A DNA stretch of 64,000 bases. It comes from Podarcis pityusensis (taxonomy: Eukaryota). Position 1 is the first letter of the stretch; each line of letters starts with the position of its first letter. Made by a program: the position numbers and the translations under genes. Location: the NCBI GenBank assembly GCA_964106645.2, contig OZ067041.1. One strand, written 5' to 3'. Below, piece after piece: positions 40,692 through 52,160 of this stretch. The notes under the pieces are model-generated. The model had not been told where the DNA came from, searched no databases, and was given only the letters and a program-made list of their open reading frames with translations.

Positions 40692-41051
40692 GGTAAAAAA
40701 TAGATAAATGACCCCTGGACAGTTAAGTCTCATCAAAGACTACTATGGGGTTGCTGTGCTCATCTCTCTTTCAGGCCGAGGGAGCCAACGTTTGTCCACA
40801 GACAACTTTCCAGATCATGTGGCCAGCATGACTAGACTGCTTCTGGTGCAAGAAGCCAGAGCGCACGGAAACACCGTTTATGTTCCTGCCGCAGCGGTAT
40901 CTTGCACTGGTATGCTTTCGAATTGCTAGGTTGGCAGAAGTTGGGACAGAGCAATGGGGGCTCACCCCGTTGCACAGATTCGAACTGCCGACCTTCTGAT
41001 CAGCAAGCCAAGGAGGCTCAGTGGTTTAGACCACAGTGCCACCCACGTCCC
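40692..41051 (-). mobile_element. Sauria SINE, antisense in USP25 intron 1
   Basis: Reverse-complement match to the 14829 and 49148 copies; TSD TATAAGTTAAATA at 40679-40691 and 41052-41064. Confidence 0.9.
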
Positions 41052-41695
41052 TATAAGTTAAATATGGTCATTTTTTTATATAGTATGTTTATAACTTATC
41101 AATTTGAGAGGTGTGTGGCCACTAAAAAATTGTGCTTTTTGTTTTTGACTCATGTGAAATGAAGAGGGGCATTCCAAATGCATAGCCATAAAGGCTTGCA
41201 AAGATGCTATACATTCTTCTACAGTTCCATTGAACAAGTATGTGTTAAAAAAATAACTCACTTCTGTTTCCACATTTACCTCTTTCCACTTTCCTGCTCA
41301 TTTCTTTTGCATTTTGCATCCTTTTATATCTGCTTCTAACTCCTTCAAAAATGTCTCATAAAATACAAGATTTAAAGTAAGCAGTACCTGTGTGTTCTTA
41401 ACATGCTTTAATAACAGTAGAAATCTACTCCTTGAGTAACTTCAACAGAGTACTTCTGTGCTGTTGATACTCTGTACTTCAGTGAGGATTTGACAACTGC
41501 TTTTCATCTTTGCGCTCTTTGCATTCATGCTAAAACCAAAGTCATGAGTAGTTGTATCCCAGATGCACTGAATAGAAAGTGTGACGGCTGTTTCTGTTTA
41601 AACATACATCCTACCCAGCTTTGTAAATAAGCCCACAAAAGTTACTAGTCTTACTAGCTGTCTAAGAGACTAGTAATCTGCATTTCCGTATTGAC

Positions 41696-42019
41696 CATGG
41701 GTAGGCAAACTAAGGCCTGGGGGCCGGATAAGGCCCAGTCGCCTTCTAAATCTGGCCTGCGGACAGTTCGGGAATCAGCGTGTTTTTACATTAGTAGAAT
41801 GTGTCCTTTTATTTAAAATGCATCTCTGGGTTATTTGTGGGGCCTGCCTGGTGTTTTTACATGAGCAGAATGTGTGCTTTTATTTAAAACACATCTCTGG
41901 GTTATTTGTGGAGCATAGGAATTCTTTCATTTTTTTTCCCTCCAAAATATAGTCCGGCCCCCCACAAGGTCTGAGGGACAGTGGATTGGCCCCCTGCTGA
42001 AAAAGTTTGCTGACCCCTG
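41696..42019 (-). mobile_element. hAT MITE, family C copy 2
   Basis: Reverse complement of 10004-10315; perfect 8-bp TSD GTATTGAC at 41688-41695 and 42020-42027. Confidence 0.9.
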
Positions 42020-42534
42020 GTATTGACCATTTAAGAGGCAAAGTGCCCTCCTTTGCTAGAAGAAAAAATGCCACCTGTGAAGTAGATTGGTGGAGGAGGA
42101 ATAGAGCATTTCAGTGCTGATTGTGAAGGAAGAGACTTTTCTCTTTAATTCAGAAGGTATGGAAACAAAGTGGGCTGGTAGAAATGGGATTAATGAAAGC
42201 TGCAATCCAAAATGTCTGGAAGGCGCTTATTTGACAAAGGCTGATCTGGGACATTAGAATTTTTCCTGATGCAAACTGAATTTTCCAATGCAGAGTACGC
42301 TATGCAAATTAATGTGCTTGTGGATGCAAATCAATTCAAGAATTTGGCTGAACCCCTGTCATTGCCCAATTCAAAGTCCAAAGGACCAGAAGCTGTTGGT
42401 TTATAACTGTTTTTACAGGGATGTTTGAAACAGCTGGGTTCATTTAACAGCAAACAACTGCTTGGTACCCCATAGTGGTGTTTCTCTTTGGTTCCAAACA
42501 GCTCCAATGAGTTCTCTAAAGAGTCTGTAATTTT

Positions 42535-42700
42535 GGGAAGGGCTGTAGCTCAGTGGAAGAGCGCCTACTTTGCGTGCAGAAGGTCCCAGGTTGAAACCCC
42601 AGCATATCCAGGTAGGGCAGGTTCAAGAGAGAACTCCATCAGTGTAGACAATTTTGAGCTAGATAGACCAATAATCCAGCTCAATATAACTCAGTTTCCT
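42535..42700 (+). mobile_element. tRNA(Ala)-like SINE
   Basis: GGGCTGTAGCTCAGTGGAAGAGC...GAAGGTCCCAGGTTGAAACCCC...CAGTGTAGACAATTTTGAGCTAGATAGACC. Confidence 0.78.
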
Positions 42701-42946
42701 AGTGTGGTGTAGTGGTTAAGAGCGGTAGTCTCGTAATCTGGGGAACCGGGTTTGTGTCTCCGCTCCTCCACATGCAGCTGCTGGGTGACCTTGGGCCAGT
42801 CACACTTCTTTGAAGTCTCTCAGCCCCAGTCACCTCACAGAGTGTTTGTTGTGGGGGAGGAAGGGAAAGGAGAATGTTAGCTGCTTTGAGACTCCTTAAA
42901 GAGAGTGAAAGGCAGGAAATCAAATCCAAACTCTTCTTCTTCTTCT
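42701..42946 (+). mobile_element. Squam3-like SINE inserted at the tail of another SINE
   Basis: TGGTGTAGTGGTTAAGAGC A-box, CORE-like body, (CTT)n tail. Confidence 0.85.
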
Positions 42947-43497
42947 ATGTGAAAATAATATTTGTGCTTGTGTTGCTGAATGAACCTTTAAATATGCCTC
43001 TTGGGATAGATGGGATAAATAACCTGTGTGTGTTGAAATAAGAAAGATAAAGTGAAATGATCTAAATTAATATTGGGTAAGCAGGATATGTTCTGTATTC
43101 TTGTGTTTATTCTGAGAGTAAAAGTTCCTATTACTAGAACAAAGCAGAGCTCTGCAATTTCCAATTATAGTTTCTCATGTTAGTTTTGCCTGTTTTTAAG
43201 TGTCTGCCTTTAGTGTGAGAATATAAACATATACTGCTTGGGAACCATGCCCTTCCGGCTTGACTAATTCTTTCCCATAGTGAACTCCCACAAAAGAATG
43301 TTGTCAGATATGTATTACTACTAGTAGCTGTCAGTATATCTTTTCCTAAAAAAATACTTGTTGCCTGCAATTTACATTAAATAGTAGATTATTAGATGAT
43401 GGGTGTTGTTACCATGACAGTGACAATTTAAAAGGATAGGCCTTTCCTATGTCTATAACACAAGCATAAACAAAAGCATCTCACTAATATAGTTGTC

Positions 43498-43882
43498 CCC
43501 ATGGGATTTGCAGTTCCTATGCAACAATTTTGTATGGAATGCTTGATGCAAATAGTAAGTTTTGTCCCAGCTATTCAAGCAGAAGACCCCTTAGCATATC
43601 ACTAGTTCCTGAAGAGTTTCTGTACTACAGATTTGAAGACGCAGCTTTGTTCTGTAAGTCTGTAGTACAGGAATTCTTCAGGGCTTGATGATATGCAATC
43701 CTAGCCATTTCTAGCCAGAAGTATGTCCTATTGAAGCCGGGATTCAATAGAACTGCAGACCAAGTGATCTTCTAATTCTATAATTGGGGCAAAACATAGA
43801 AAAATGCTGTGTGCGTACTGAACTTAGCATGCAAAACATTCCATATAAAGTTTTCTCATAGGAAAACTGCAAATCCCCTGGG
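43498..43882. repeat. Nested foldback (inverted repeat) element
   Basis: Outer arms 43498-43562 / 43821-43882 and inner hairpin 43594-43696. Confidence 0.75.
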
Positions 43883-44946
43883 CATGAGCTGTTTTTGTTC
43901 CAACTGGTCATGATATGGTGAAAGCTTTGAACATTAGGCTTATGTTTTTTCTTTCCCTATACATGTGTTTTGTGGTAGCACCTAGAAACATACTGAGGAG
44001 TATCTTCTTGCTGGTACTTTGACCCATTAAAATATATGGAGACTCTTATTGTGTGTAACACTGGTGGAAGTAGAACTAAGTAGCATAAACAGCTAGAGTG
44101 AAATACTACATTAGTGGTAGGATATTGGTGTAAAATAGTTTGTTATTTGATATGTTTAGGGTTTTAAAATGTCACTTTCTGCACTCAACTACGGTCAAGG
44201 GTATTAGAAAAATGTATGAAATGTTATCTCTCTGGTTTTTTGCTGCATAGGTCACTTAAGGACAGTTTGCACTTCATTCTTACCAGAAATCACACATGCA
44301 GGATGTCCTATTGAGGAATGTATGGATTGCTAGGTTTGGCTTTTGTACACAAGAAATTCCATTGGCTGCACTTGAGTTCCATGTGAGCAGCTGGCTTCAG
44401 GTGCTGGAGGTAGAGAAGTCTGCTCTTTTCCACACTTCCAGTCTCTTTCCTTGCTACAGCAAAGGCAGTTGTCACTGAAAACACATTTTCAACAGATCTA
44501 TATGTTAGGTGCATCTATTTTGTGTATGTTTCATTTTTTCATTCATAGAGATATGTACACCTAATTGGTACTTAAGAACTATGACACACTTCTTTAATGT
44601 ATACTTAGTGGCTTTAATTATTGCTATAATTACTGGTCTTTTTAAGTACATGTCCTGGTATACACAGCTGGTAGAATATTGTTGAACAAGTGAAATGTTT
44701 TGACATATGAAGGATTTAAAAATTGTATTATATAAAGTACCAAACAATTGTCATTTTTGAAACTTCATTTTTTGTTATATCTGAATTGATTTTGTATCAT
44801 AACACAATGATTTTCCTTATAGCTGCCATCTCTTCTTTTCAATTGCAAGTACCAAGAGGTGAATAAAACACAATCTGTGGCCAGTTAAGAACACACAAGC
44901 AGCAGTCAGAAGAAGCATGATTAAAATGTGCTAAATATATTTTCTA

Positions 44947-45090
44947 ATAGCTCAGTTGGTAGAGCATGAGACTCTTAACCTCAGGGCTGTGGGTTTGAGC
45001 CCCACGTTAGGCAAAAAGATTCATGCATTACAGAGGTTTGGACTGGATGACCCTCTTGGTTCCTTTGACTCTACAATCCTATGATTCTAA
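44947..45090 (+). mobile_element. tRNA-Lys(CTT)-derived SINE with CR1 3' tail
   Basis: TAGCTCAGTTGGTAGAGCATGAGACTCTTAACCTCAGGG..GTGGGTTTGAGCCCCACGTT closely follows tRNA-Lys-CTT but lacks the 5' acceptor strand; followed by GGACTGGATGACC...CTATGATTCTA. Confidence 0.82.
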
Positions 45091-46066
45091 GTCCTGCATA
45101 AAGTGGTAATTTGGTAAAATATATAGTGAACTAGTATATTTGTATAATGGAAGTGGGCTGCTGTAATTATGTACTAACCATCTTTATACTAAACTCATTC
45201 AGAATTAGGGATAAATTATTGAAATTTTCCAAAGAGAGGTGAGCATACATTCTATTTTTCTTTGAACAGTAGTTGAAAGAACTGAAGGGACTTTGCTCTG
45301 ATGTAAAATCTGTTGCTGTGGCTCCTTTAAGCTTTTTTTTTTTTTTTTGGTAGCTCATTGATTGCAGAGAAGAGGGCATGCCTAATGGGAACCCTTCCCT
45401 ACAATTTCCTGCCTTAACTCCAGCTTTCTTCACATCTTCAGCATTTTACTAAGCCTTGAGTCTCAAAGGGCATTCCAATTTTGCCACCCTTTTCAAGCTG
45501 TGTGTGTGTGTAGTGCATTTCAGCAGGTTTGTGAACTAGGACAGCTGTGAACATGGGCCCTTCTTGGTGCCAGTAGTTCATTTGTTTTTGTGTTACTGTG
45601 AAGCAGGGAAACCACTACAGTCTAAATCTAGTATACACAGTTCATGAAAGCTAAATACACTCATGCATATAATTTAATTGTTCTCTAGCAGAGATTGCAT
45701 TTTAGATTCTAGTATCACTGAGCAAGAGGCATTACAAACCCGTGAGATGTTTGTTTTTCAATGAATTTTTCTGTTTGCTTGGAGAAGAGATGCTCATGAA
45801 TAATGACAATTTATGGAAACTTATCCTGAGGGGCAAGAGAAGTGTGGAAATGCAATGCCTCTTGCTCCAGAAGTGGGGTTTTAAAATATCTGCTGGTTCT
45901 TCAATCTCAGTGGAGAAAACATTGAACTTACAATGTAAGTTTAATGTACTAACTATAAAATATATTTATTCTGGAGTCCAACAGAGCAGAGTGCAATAGT
46001 CAGAAATGAAATGTTTTGGCTTCATTCAAGTATGAGTTTCAAAATTATTTCCCCTTTGACAGTATA

Positions 46067-46306
46067 CAGTGGTACCTCGGGTTACATACGCTTCAGGTTA
46101 CATATGCTTCAGGTTACAGACTCTGCTAACCCAGAAATATTACCTCAGGTTAAGAATTTTCTTCAGGATGAGAACAGAAATCATGCTCTGGCGGCGCGGC
46201 AACAGCAGAAAGCCCCATTAGCTAAAGTGGTGATTCCGGTTAAGAACAGTTCAGGTTAAGAACAGACCTCCAGAATGAATTAGGTTCTTAACCCGAGGTA
46301 CCACTG
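46067..46306 (+). mobile_element. Tc1/mariner MITE, family A copy 2
   Basis: Perfect TIRs CAGTGGTACCTCGGGTTA / TAACCCGAGGTACCACTG, TA TSD. Confidence 0.9.
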
Positions 46307-46736
46307 TACTGGGAACCCCAGTATACTGGGGTTTGGTTTCTCCTCTTTCAGCATCTCTTTTGTAGTCTCACGGTCCCTGCCAGCATTCTACACATGGTTG
46401 TGTTATGTTAGTGGAAGAAGCCCAGGACAGCCAGGGCAAAAGCTTTTGCCTTGGATGTTGCAGCTTTCCATCATTTCTTTAACCACATAGTTCTGTAAGC
46501 AAATTATTTATGGCTCAGTCTCTCTTTAATCTTTAAATAAACTAACTTGGGATAAAATAAATGTTTGGCATTTCTGAACTTGAAAGTCATTCAGTTCTGC
46601 TCTTTCCTCCTCTAAACCTGTGGAACCTCTGGAGCCATATTCTGCCAGCTTGTTTCTATGCTTTTAGAGAGGTCACAGAGGTGGAACCACAGTTCTTCTG
46701 TCTTGCCTGTACAACAAAATATGATTCACTAGGATG

Positions 46737-46772
46737 TCATCATCATCATCATCATCATCATCATGATCATCA
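46737..46772. repeat. (CAT)n microsatellite
   Basis: Read directly; source of the spurious poly-His and poly-Asp ORFs. Confidence 0.9.
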
Positions 46773-47727
46773 TGGTCACTTCCTCTAGTAACAAACCAAA
46801 GTGGTGAGTGCTGAGCCAAAACTGTAATATTGAGGAACAACAGGGAAATAATTATATGCTCAGGGGAACCGTAAGATTTGCAGTTGTACACACATTTAAA
46901 AAGGAGGCGGCACAGAACAGGCCAGTGGGTATTGAACATGAGTTTAGTGGCATCAAAGAGTCATGCACTATTGTCAGGTGGAAAAGAAATGTGGGGTAGG
47001 GAGTAAGGTACACTGCTTCCATCCATTACAGTTCAATAGCATTCTGGAAGGGGGAGCAGGGCTGGCTGGCTGGAACCTACTCCTGTTTGGAAGTAGGAAG
47101 ATATGTAACAACACTTGCAGTTTCCACTTATTCCTTCTAATAGTGAGATTGAGTGGTGAAGACCCCTTCCCCCCCATCTCCCACCCTGAGCAGGCTGCTG
47201 ATACGCTGGCAGCAGTACTTTTTCTCTTTCTCACCTGATATCTTCCCAGCTTTCTCTTAAAAGTAAGTTTGATGTTTGATTAGGAATCTTTTTCCACTGT
47301 TGGGCCTTGACATACTTTCTTTTACCTAATTGTACTAGGGGATCATCAGGCTCCCCCTGCAAAGTATGCTTATAATATGTCTCGCATTAGTCACATTTGT
47401 GTTTAGGAAAGACTCATAGAAGTCTTCTCTTTCTAAAATGGACAGTTTTCACTAGTTGTATGGAGGAAGAGGTAGTGTGGCAGTCCATTTGATAGTGTTC
47501 ACTGTTTCTTTTAAACCTTCCTGATGTGAAACTGTTACTAATTGCGATTGTGATCTTTGTAGACAGATCAGTAATAGGGAACTATCTTTGATCACCATCT
47601 AATTTCACAGTATCTGCATGAATGTGTCTTTTTTTATAGAGGTCTTTTATTTTTACATGACAGTATTTATAAACTTGAAAAGGTTTATTTGCTGTTTTCT
47701 ACATTATTGCTACTTTTGCTGGAGAAT

Positions 47728-47965
47728 AAAGGTAAAGGGACCCCTGACCATTAGGCCCAGTCGTGGACGACTCTGGAGTTGCGGCGCTCATCTCGCTTTA
47801 CTGGCCGAGGGAGCCGACGTACAGTTCCCGAGTCATGTGGCCAGCATGACTAAGCCGCTTCTGGTGAACCAGAGCAGTGCATGGAAACACCGTTTACCTT
47901 CCCGCCGGAGCGGTACCTATTTATCTACTTGCACTTTGACATGCTTTCGAACTGCTAGGTTGGCA
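47728..47965 (-). mobile_element. Sauria SINE, 5'-truncated
   Basis: Near-identical in reverse complement to the 3' two-thirds of the 49148 copy; GGAGAAT duplicated at 47721-47727 and 47966-47972. Confidence 0.9.
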
Positions 47966-48109
47966 GGAGAATTGGAGGCCTCATATTGTGACTTGCTTAT
48001 GTCTGTAGACGCAGTGAGATGCAGAGGGGGCTATTGAGATGGTATTTAAAAGTGAAGTGGTTGCAAGGTTACAAATGATTTATAGAACTTGGGATGATTT
48101 TTTTCAATA

Positions 48110-48620
48110 CCTACTTTTTATTGTGTTTTCATATTACAACAAAAAAGGAGCACATCATGGCGATCTTCTTCTTGGACAATTACATAGTCTAAGAGATGCC
48201 AGTGGTTCTGATGCACAGACTGAGGGTGCCTCCATGATGTTTTAAATTTATATTTTTGTTGAAAGAGTGTGTTGGTAATAGCAAGGTTGTGCATTGCACA
48301 TAGAGTCAGAAGTAAGATTCCGTTCTGGTTGCTGTTGCCAATTCCTTCTTTCCCAATACTTCCAGGCCACAGATTAAAATCACCCAGGAAATTAATTTTA
48401 TCTTCCTCATGTGTCTCTGATAGGATGGCATCCAGCTTTTCAGGATGAGCAGAGTGGATCGTAAATAGGACTGACTGCTCAGTCATGGATACAGCTGTTG
48501 AGCTACTCAACTGCCTCATTCCTTGAGTCAGAATGACTGAATCTGTATCCACCACCCGTGTGCCGTCCATGACTAGGGGCTTTTAGATTTCATGGAACTG
48601 CCCCCGTTACCATTTGTCGA
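48110..48620 (-). mobile_element. RTE-clade LINE 5' fragment (APE endonuclease), degenerate
   Basis: ORF 48118-48570 has FLGDFN, GIGNSNQNGILLLTLC, LAITNTLF, TSWRHP and WHLLDYVIV. Confidence 0.8.
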
Positions 48621-48921
48621 TTGTCATGGGACTTTTTTGGGTTTGGGTTTAGGATGGATTTTTGGAATATGTCTGTTTGTTTTATACGTGTAGATCACTG
48701 CACAGTCTTCACAGTAAGGCTCTATTCTCATGGCACGAGTATCATGATGACCAGTAGATTCTTATCATGGAGAGGTGTTCAACAGTAAATTTGCTGAATA
48801 AATTTAGATAGGCTACCAACACTGACTCTCAGCCCCACTGTTTGGCAGAGTGCGCAGAGAATGTGTCTGAAGCACTTTAAGCCAGGAAAAGTACTATTTA
48901 AACCCTAAAGATTATAATATA

Positions 48922-49139
48922 CAGTGGTACCTCGGGTTACATATGCTTCAGGTTACAGACTCCGCTAACCCAGAAATAGTACCTCGGGTTAAGAACTTTG
49001 CTTCAGGATGAGAACAGAAATTGTGCTCCGGCGGCAGCAGGAGGCCCCATTATCTAAAGTGGTGCTTCAGGTTAAGAACAGTTTCAGGTTAAGAATGGAC
49101 CTCCGGAACGAATTAAGTATTTAACCTGAGGTACCACTA
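48922..49139 (+). mobile_element. Tc1/mariner MITE, family A copy 3
   Basis: Same TIRs and body as 46067-46306, TA TSD; right end duplicated by the Sauria SINE insertion. Confidence 0.9.
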
Positions 49140-49147
49140 TACTCCAT

Positions 49148-49497
49148 GGGATGCGGGTGGTGCTGTGGGTTAAACCACAGAGCCTAGGACTTGCCGATCA
49201 GAAGGTCGGCGGTTCGAATCCCCGCGACGGGGTGAGATCCCGTTGCTCGTTCCCTGCTTCTGCCAATCTAGCAGTTCGAAAGCACGTCAAAGTGCAAGTA
49301 GATAAATAGGTACCGCTCCAGTGGGAAGGTAAACGCTGTTTCCGTGCGCTGCTCTGGTTCACCAGAAGTGGTTTAGTCAGGCTGGCCACATGACCCGGAA
49401 GCTGTACGCCGGCTCCCTTGGCCAATAAAGCGAGATGAGCGCCGCAACCCCAGAGTTGGTCACGACTGGACCTAATGGTCAGGGGTCCCTTTACCTT
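49148..49497 (+). mobile_element. Sauria SINE, full length, young
   Basis: A/B boxes and (ACCTTT)n tail; 15-bp TSD TACCACT[A/G]TACTCCA at 49132-49146 and 49498-49512. Confidence 0.92.
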
Positions 49498-50032
49498 TAC
49501 CACTGTACTCCAAACATTATTTTAAAGTGTTGATAACAATGAGAATGATTTAGGCCTAATTCACAATGTCATGCTAATAAGCCATCTTTTAAAACAAACT
49601 ATGGTTTAATGTGAATAAGCAGTGTGCTGGTGCCTGCTGCTCAAATGTTCCTGTACTGTTCCTCCTCCACTTCTACCGCTGTCGTACCACAAGTAAAACA
49701 AGCCTAGTCTGGCTTGTTCCATTGTCCAAACCTAGCAGGGTAAGTGGCGCTGGTGGTGAGGTGACATTTTAAATCGGTTTGGTGAATACATGGTTTAAAA
49801 AATCATGTTTAATCCCCCCCCCCCCCCGCAAATGCCTATTGTTTGTTCTTCCACTCTGCATAATAAATAAACTATAGTTATTTTACTGTAATGGAAAAGT
49901 TGTCTCAGCATCCCACACAGTCTTGGTGTAGTACATATTGTAGATTTTCAAGATACATTACATTATCTATTCTGCATAATCTAAAATAGCCCTGCAGTGT
50001 TGGTGAGCAAAGTGAAATAAAATGTGGATGGG

Positions 50033-50033
<1 letters not shown>

Positions 50034-50083
<50 letters not shown>
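50034..50083. repeat. Compound (TC)n(AC)n microsatellite
   Basis: Read directly. Confidence 0.9.
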
Positions 50084-50085
<2 letters not shown>

Positions 50086-50641
50086 GCTTGCTCTTTATCT
50101 CACAGTTGTGCATTTCTTTGTTGTTAGTTGTAAAGGGTTATTAGTCACACAGCTCCAGAAAAACATTCTTACTAAAAGTGTTTTAAAAAATAAATCCATC
50201 TCTAAATGCGCAAATATTTTGGAATCTGGAGAATCAAAGATCAGTTGGGCACAGGTCTTGAATTAAATCACCCTGCTTTGTATATTAAAACATTAGGTTT
50301 GTTAATAGAAATGTTCCATTTGTAACCAGTTTAAAATCTGCAGCCCACCCAGAACTGGTCTCTTGCTTTCAAGAAGTTAATTTTGATTAATGTAGGATCA
50401 GTATTCTGTATCACTTGTGTTGGGTCGTTATATGCTGAGAAGGGATTGCCTCCCCATCTGCACACTTCCTGCATTTTGGTGTGTACTTTGACGTGATCAA
50501 GGCGTGAAGTTACCCTTGCCTGTTTACATGTGTAAAGAACAAGAAAAGGAGAACAAAATGACAAGATGCTTCCTTTTTTTTGTATTTGTTTACACATGTG
50601 GAACTGACCAGAAGCATGGAATTACAAATGCACAACATGTA

Positions 50642-50977
50642 CAGTGGTGCCTCGCAAGACGAAAATAATCCGTTCCGCGAGTCTCTTCGTCTAGTGGTTT
50701 TTTCATCTTGCGAAGCAACCCTATTAGCGGCTTAGCGGATTAGCGCTATTAGCGGTTTAGCGGCTATTAAAGGCTTAGCGGATTAGCGGCTAAAAGGCTA
50801 TTAGCAGTTTAACGGCTTAGAAAAAGGGGGGGGGAGCGAAAAAAATCGCAAGACGTTTCGTCTTGTGAAGCAAGCCCATAGGGAAATTCGCCTTGCGAAG
50901 CGCATCGAAAAACGGAAAACCCTTTCGTCTAGCGGGTTTTTCGTCTTGCGAGGCATTTGTCTTGCGGGGCATCACTG
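50642..50977. mobile_element. Tc1/mariner MITE, family B, with an internal TTAGCGG minisatellite
   Basis: TIRs CAGTGGTGCCTCGCAAGAC / GTCTTGCGGGGCATCACTG, TA TSD, repeated TCGTCTTGCGA subterminal motifs; CpG-rich. Confidence 0.87.
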
Positions 50978-51033
50978 TAAATGATAGTCTTGTTTTCCAG
51001 TACGGTGAGCCGCTAAAGACATATCTACAGGTA

Positions 51034-51236
51034 GAGAGCCAGCATGGTTAGAGTGTTGGACAAGGACCTGGGAGACAACAGACATGAAGCTTACTGGGTG
51101 ACTTTGGGCCAAGCTCTGCCTCTCGGCCTAATCTACCTCACAGTGCTGTTGTGAGGATGAAATTTCAGAGGGGAGAACCATGTATACCACCGTGAGGTCT
51201 TTGGAGGAAAAGTGGAATATAAATGTAACAAATAAT
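51034..51236 (+). mobile_element. Older MIR/Squam3-type SINE with internal deletions
   Basis: GAGAGCCAGCATGG head, CTGGGTGACTTTGGGCCA, CTACCTCACAG..TGTTGTGAGGAT core, ATATAAAT tail. Confidence 0.75.
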
Positions 51237-52009
51237 TGAAAAAACAGGTCCATAGATTTAAAGGCTGTCCTAGCAGCCACATATTTCATTACTGTTTTGG
51301 GTCTTGAATAATAAGGAACTGCAACTCCCTTTCATTGGCAAGTGGAGGAATATGTGGATGGCTTCTTTCAAATCATTGTGCGTTGGATACGTGTTTTGCA
51401 CTGCACACTTTTCCATTATAGTAAGATAACTGTAGCTTGAGGTCATTTTGCCCATGCAAAAAACTGCTGATAGCTGTATTCCATTTGACTCTTATGGTGG
51501 CTTTTGGAGGTGTACGGACATTGAAAATTGGATTCACCAAGATTAGTTTAATGAGGTGATTGAAGCAATTAAACTCTGTTTTGGTTAACAAGAGATAAAC
51601 AAAAGGTATTTGTCAGTGAGCTGAGAATATTCTATATACTAAGGTTCAAAAGGGCTTCTTATATAACAAAGAATACCAACAATTCTTCACATTTTACATG
51701 CCAATACAGTTTAAATTATATATATTAAAAGCTACATATAAAACCATGTTTACTAATTCACAAACTAAGTACACATGTTCAGAGTGCATGGGAAATTGGT
51801 TTTTATAGATAAAGTTTATAATTTGGTTCAAATTTAACAGTGCAGGCAACAGTTCCTGACCCCCGCATGCATTGGTGGGGTGCATGAAAGCCCATGCCAC
51901 CCCATTATGGCCCTGCCCTGACCCCATTCTGCTATCCATTTTGGCCCTGTTCTTTTGGGTCCAAAAGGACCTGCATGTCAGCAGCCGCACGTCACTGCCT
52001 GTAATAGTA

Positions 52010-52160
52010 TACTGACTAGCATCCATAGTGAATTTGTCTGATCCACCAAGTTTGTAACTGTATGAAAAAAGAAATAAGATTTGTCTGGCATGACTTGTTT
52101 TTGAGAAACCCATGCTGGATCTTAGTAATCACAGCATTCTTTTCTAAGTGCTCACAGGTG
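52010..52160 (-). mobile_element. CR1 LINE RT fragment
   Basis: CEHLEKNAVITKIQHGFLKNKSCQTNLISFF in ORF 52016-52405. Confidence 0.78.

Noticed and set aside
44947-45013. Possible tRNA-Lys(CTT) gene
   Set aside because: The 5' acceptor strand is missing, the T-loop and anticodon arm are mutated, and a CR1-type tail follows, so it is a SINE head.
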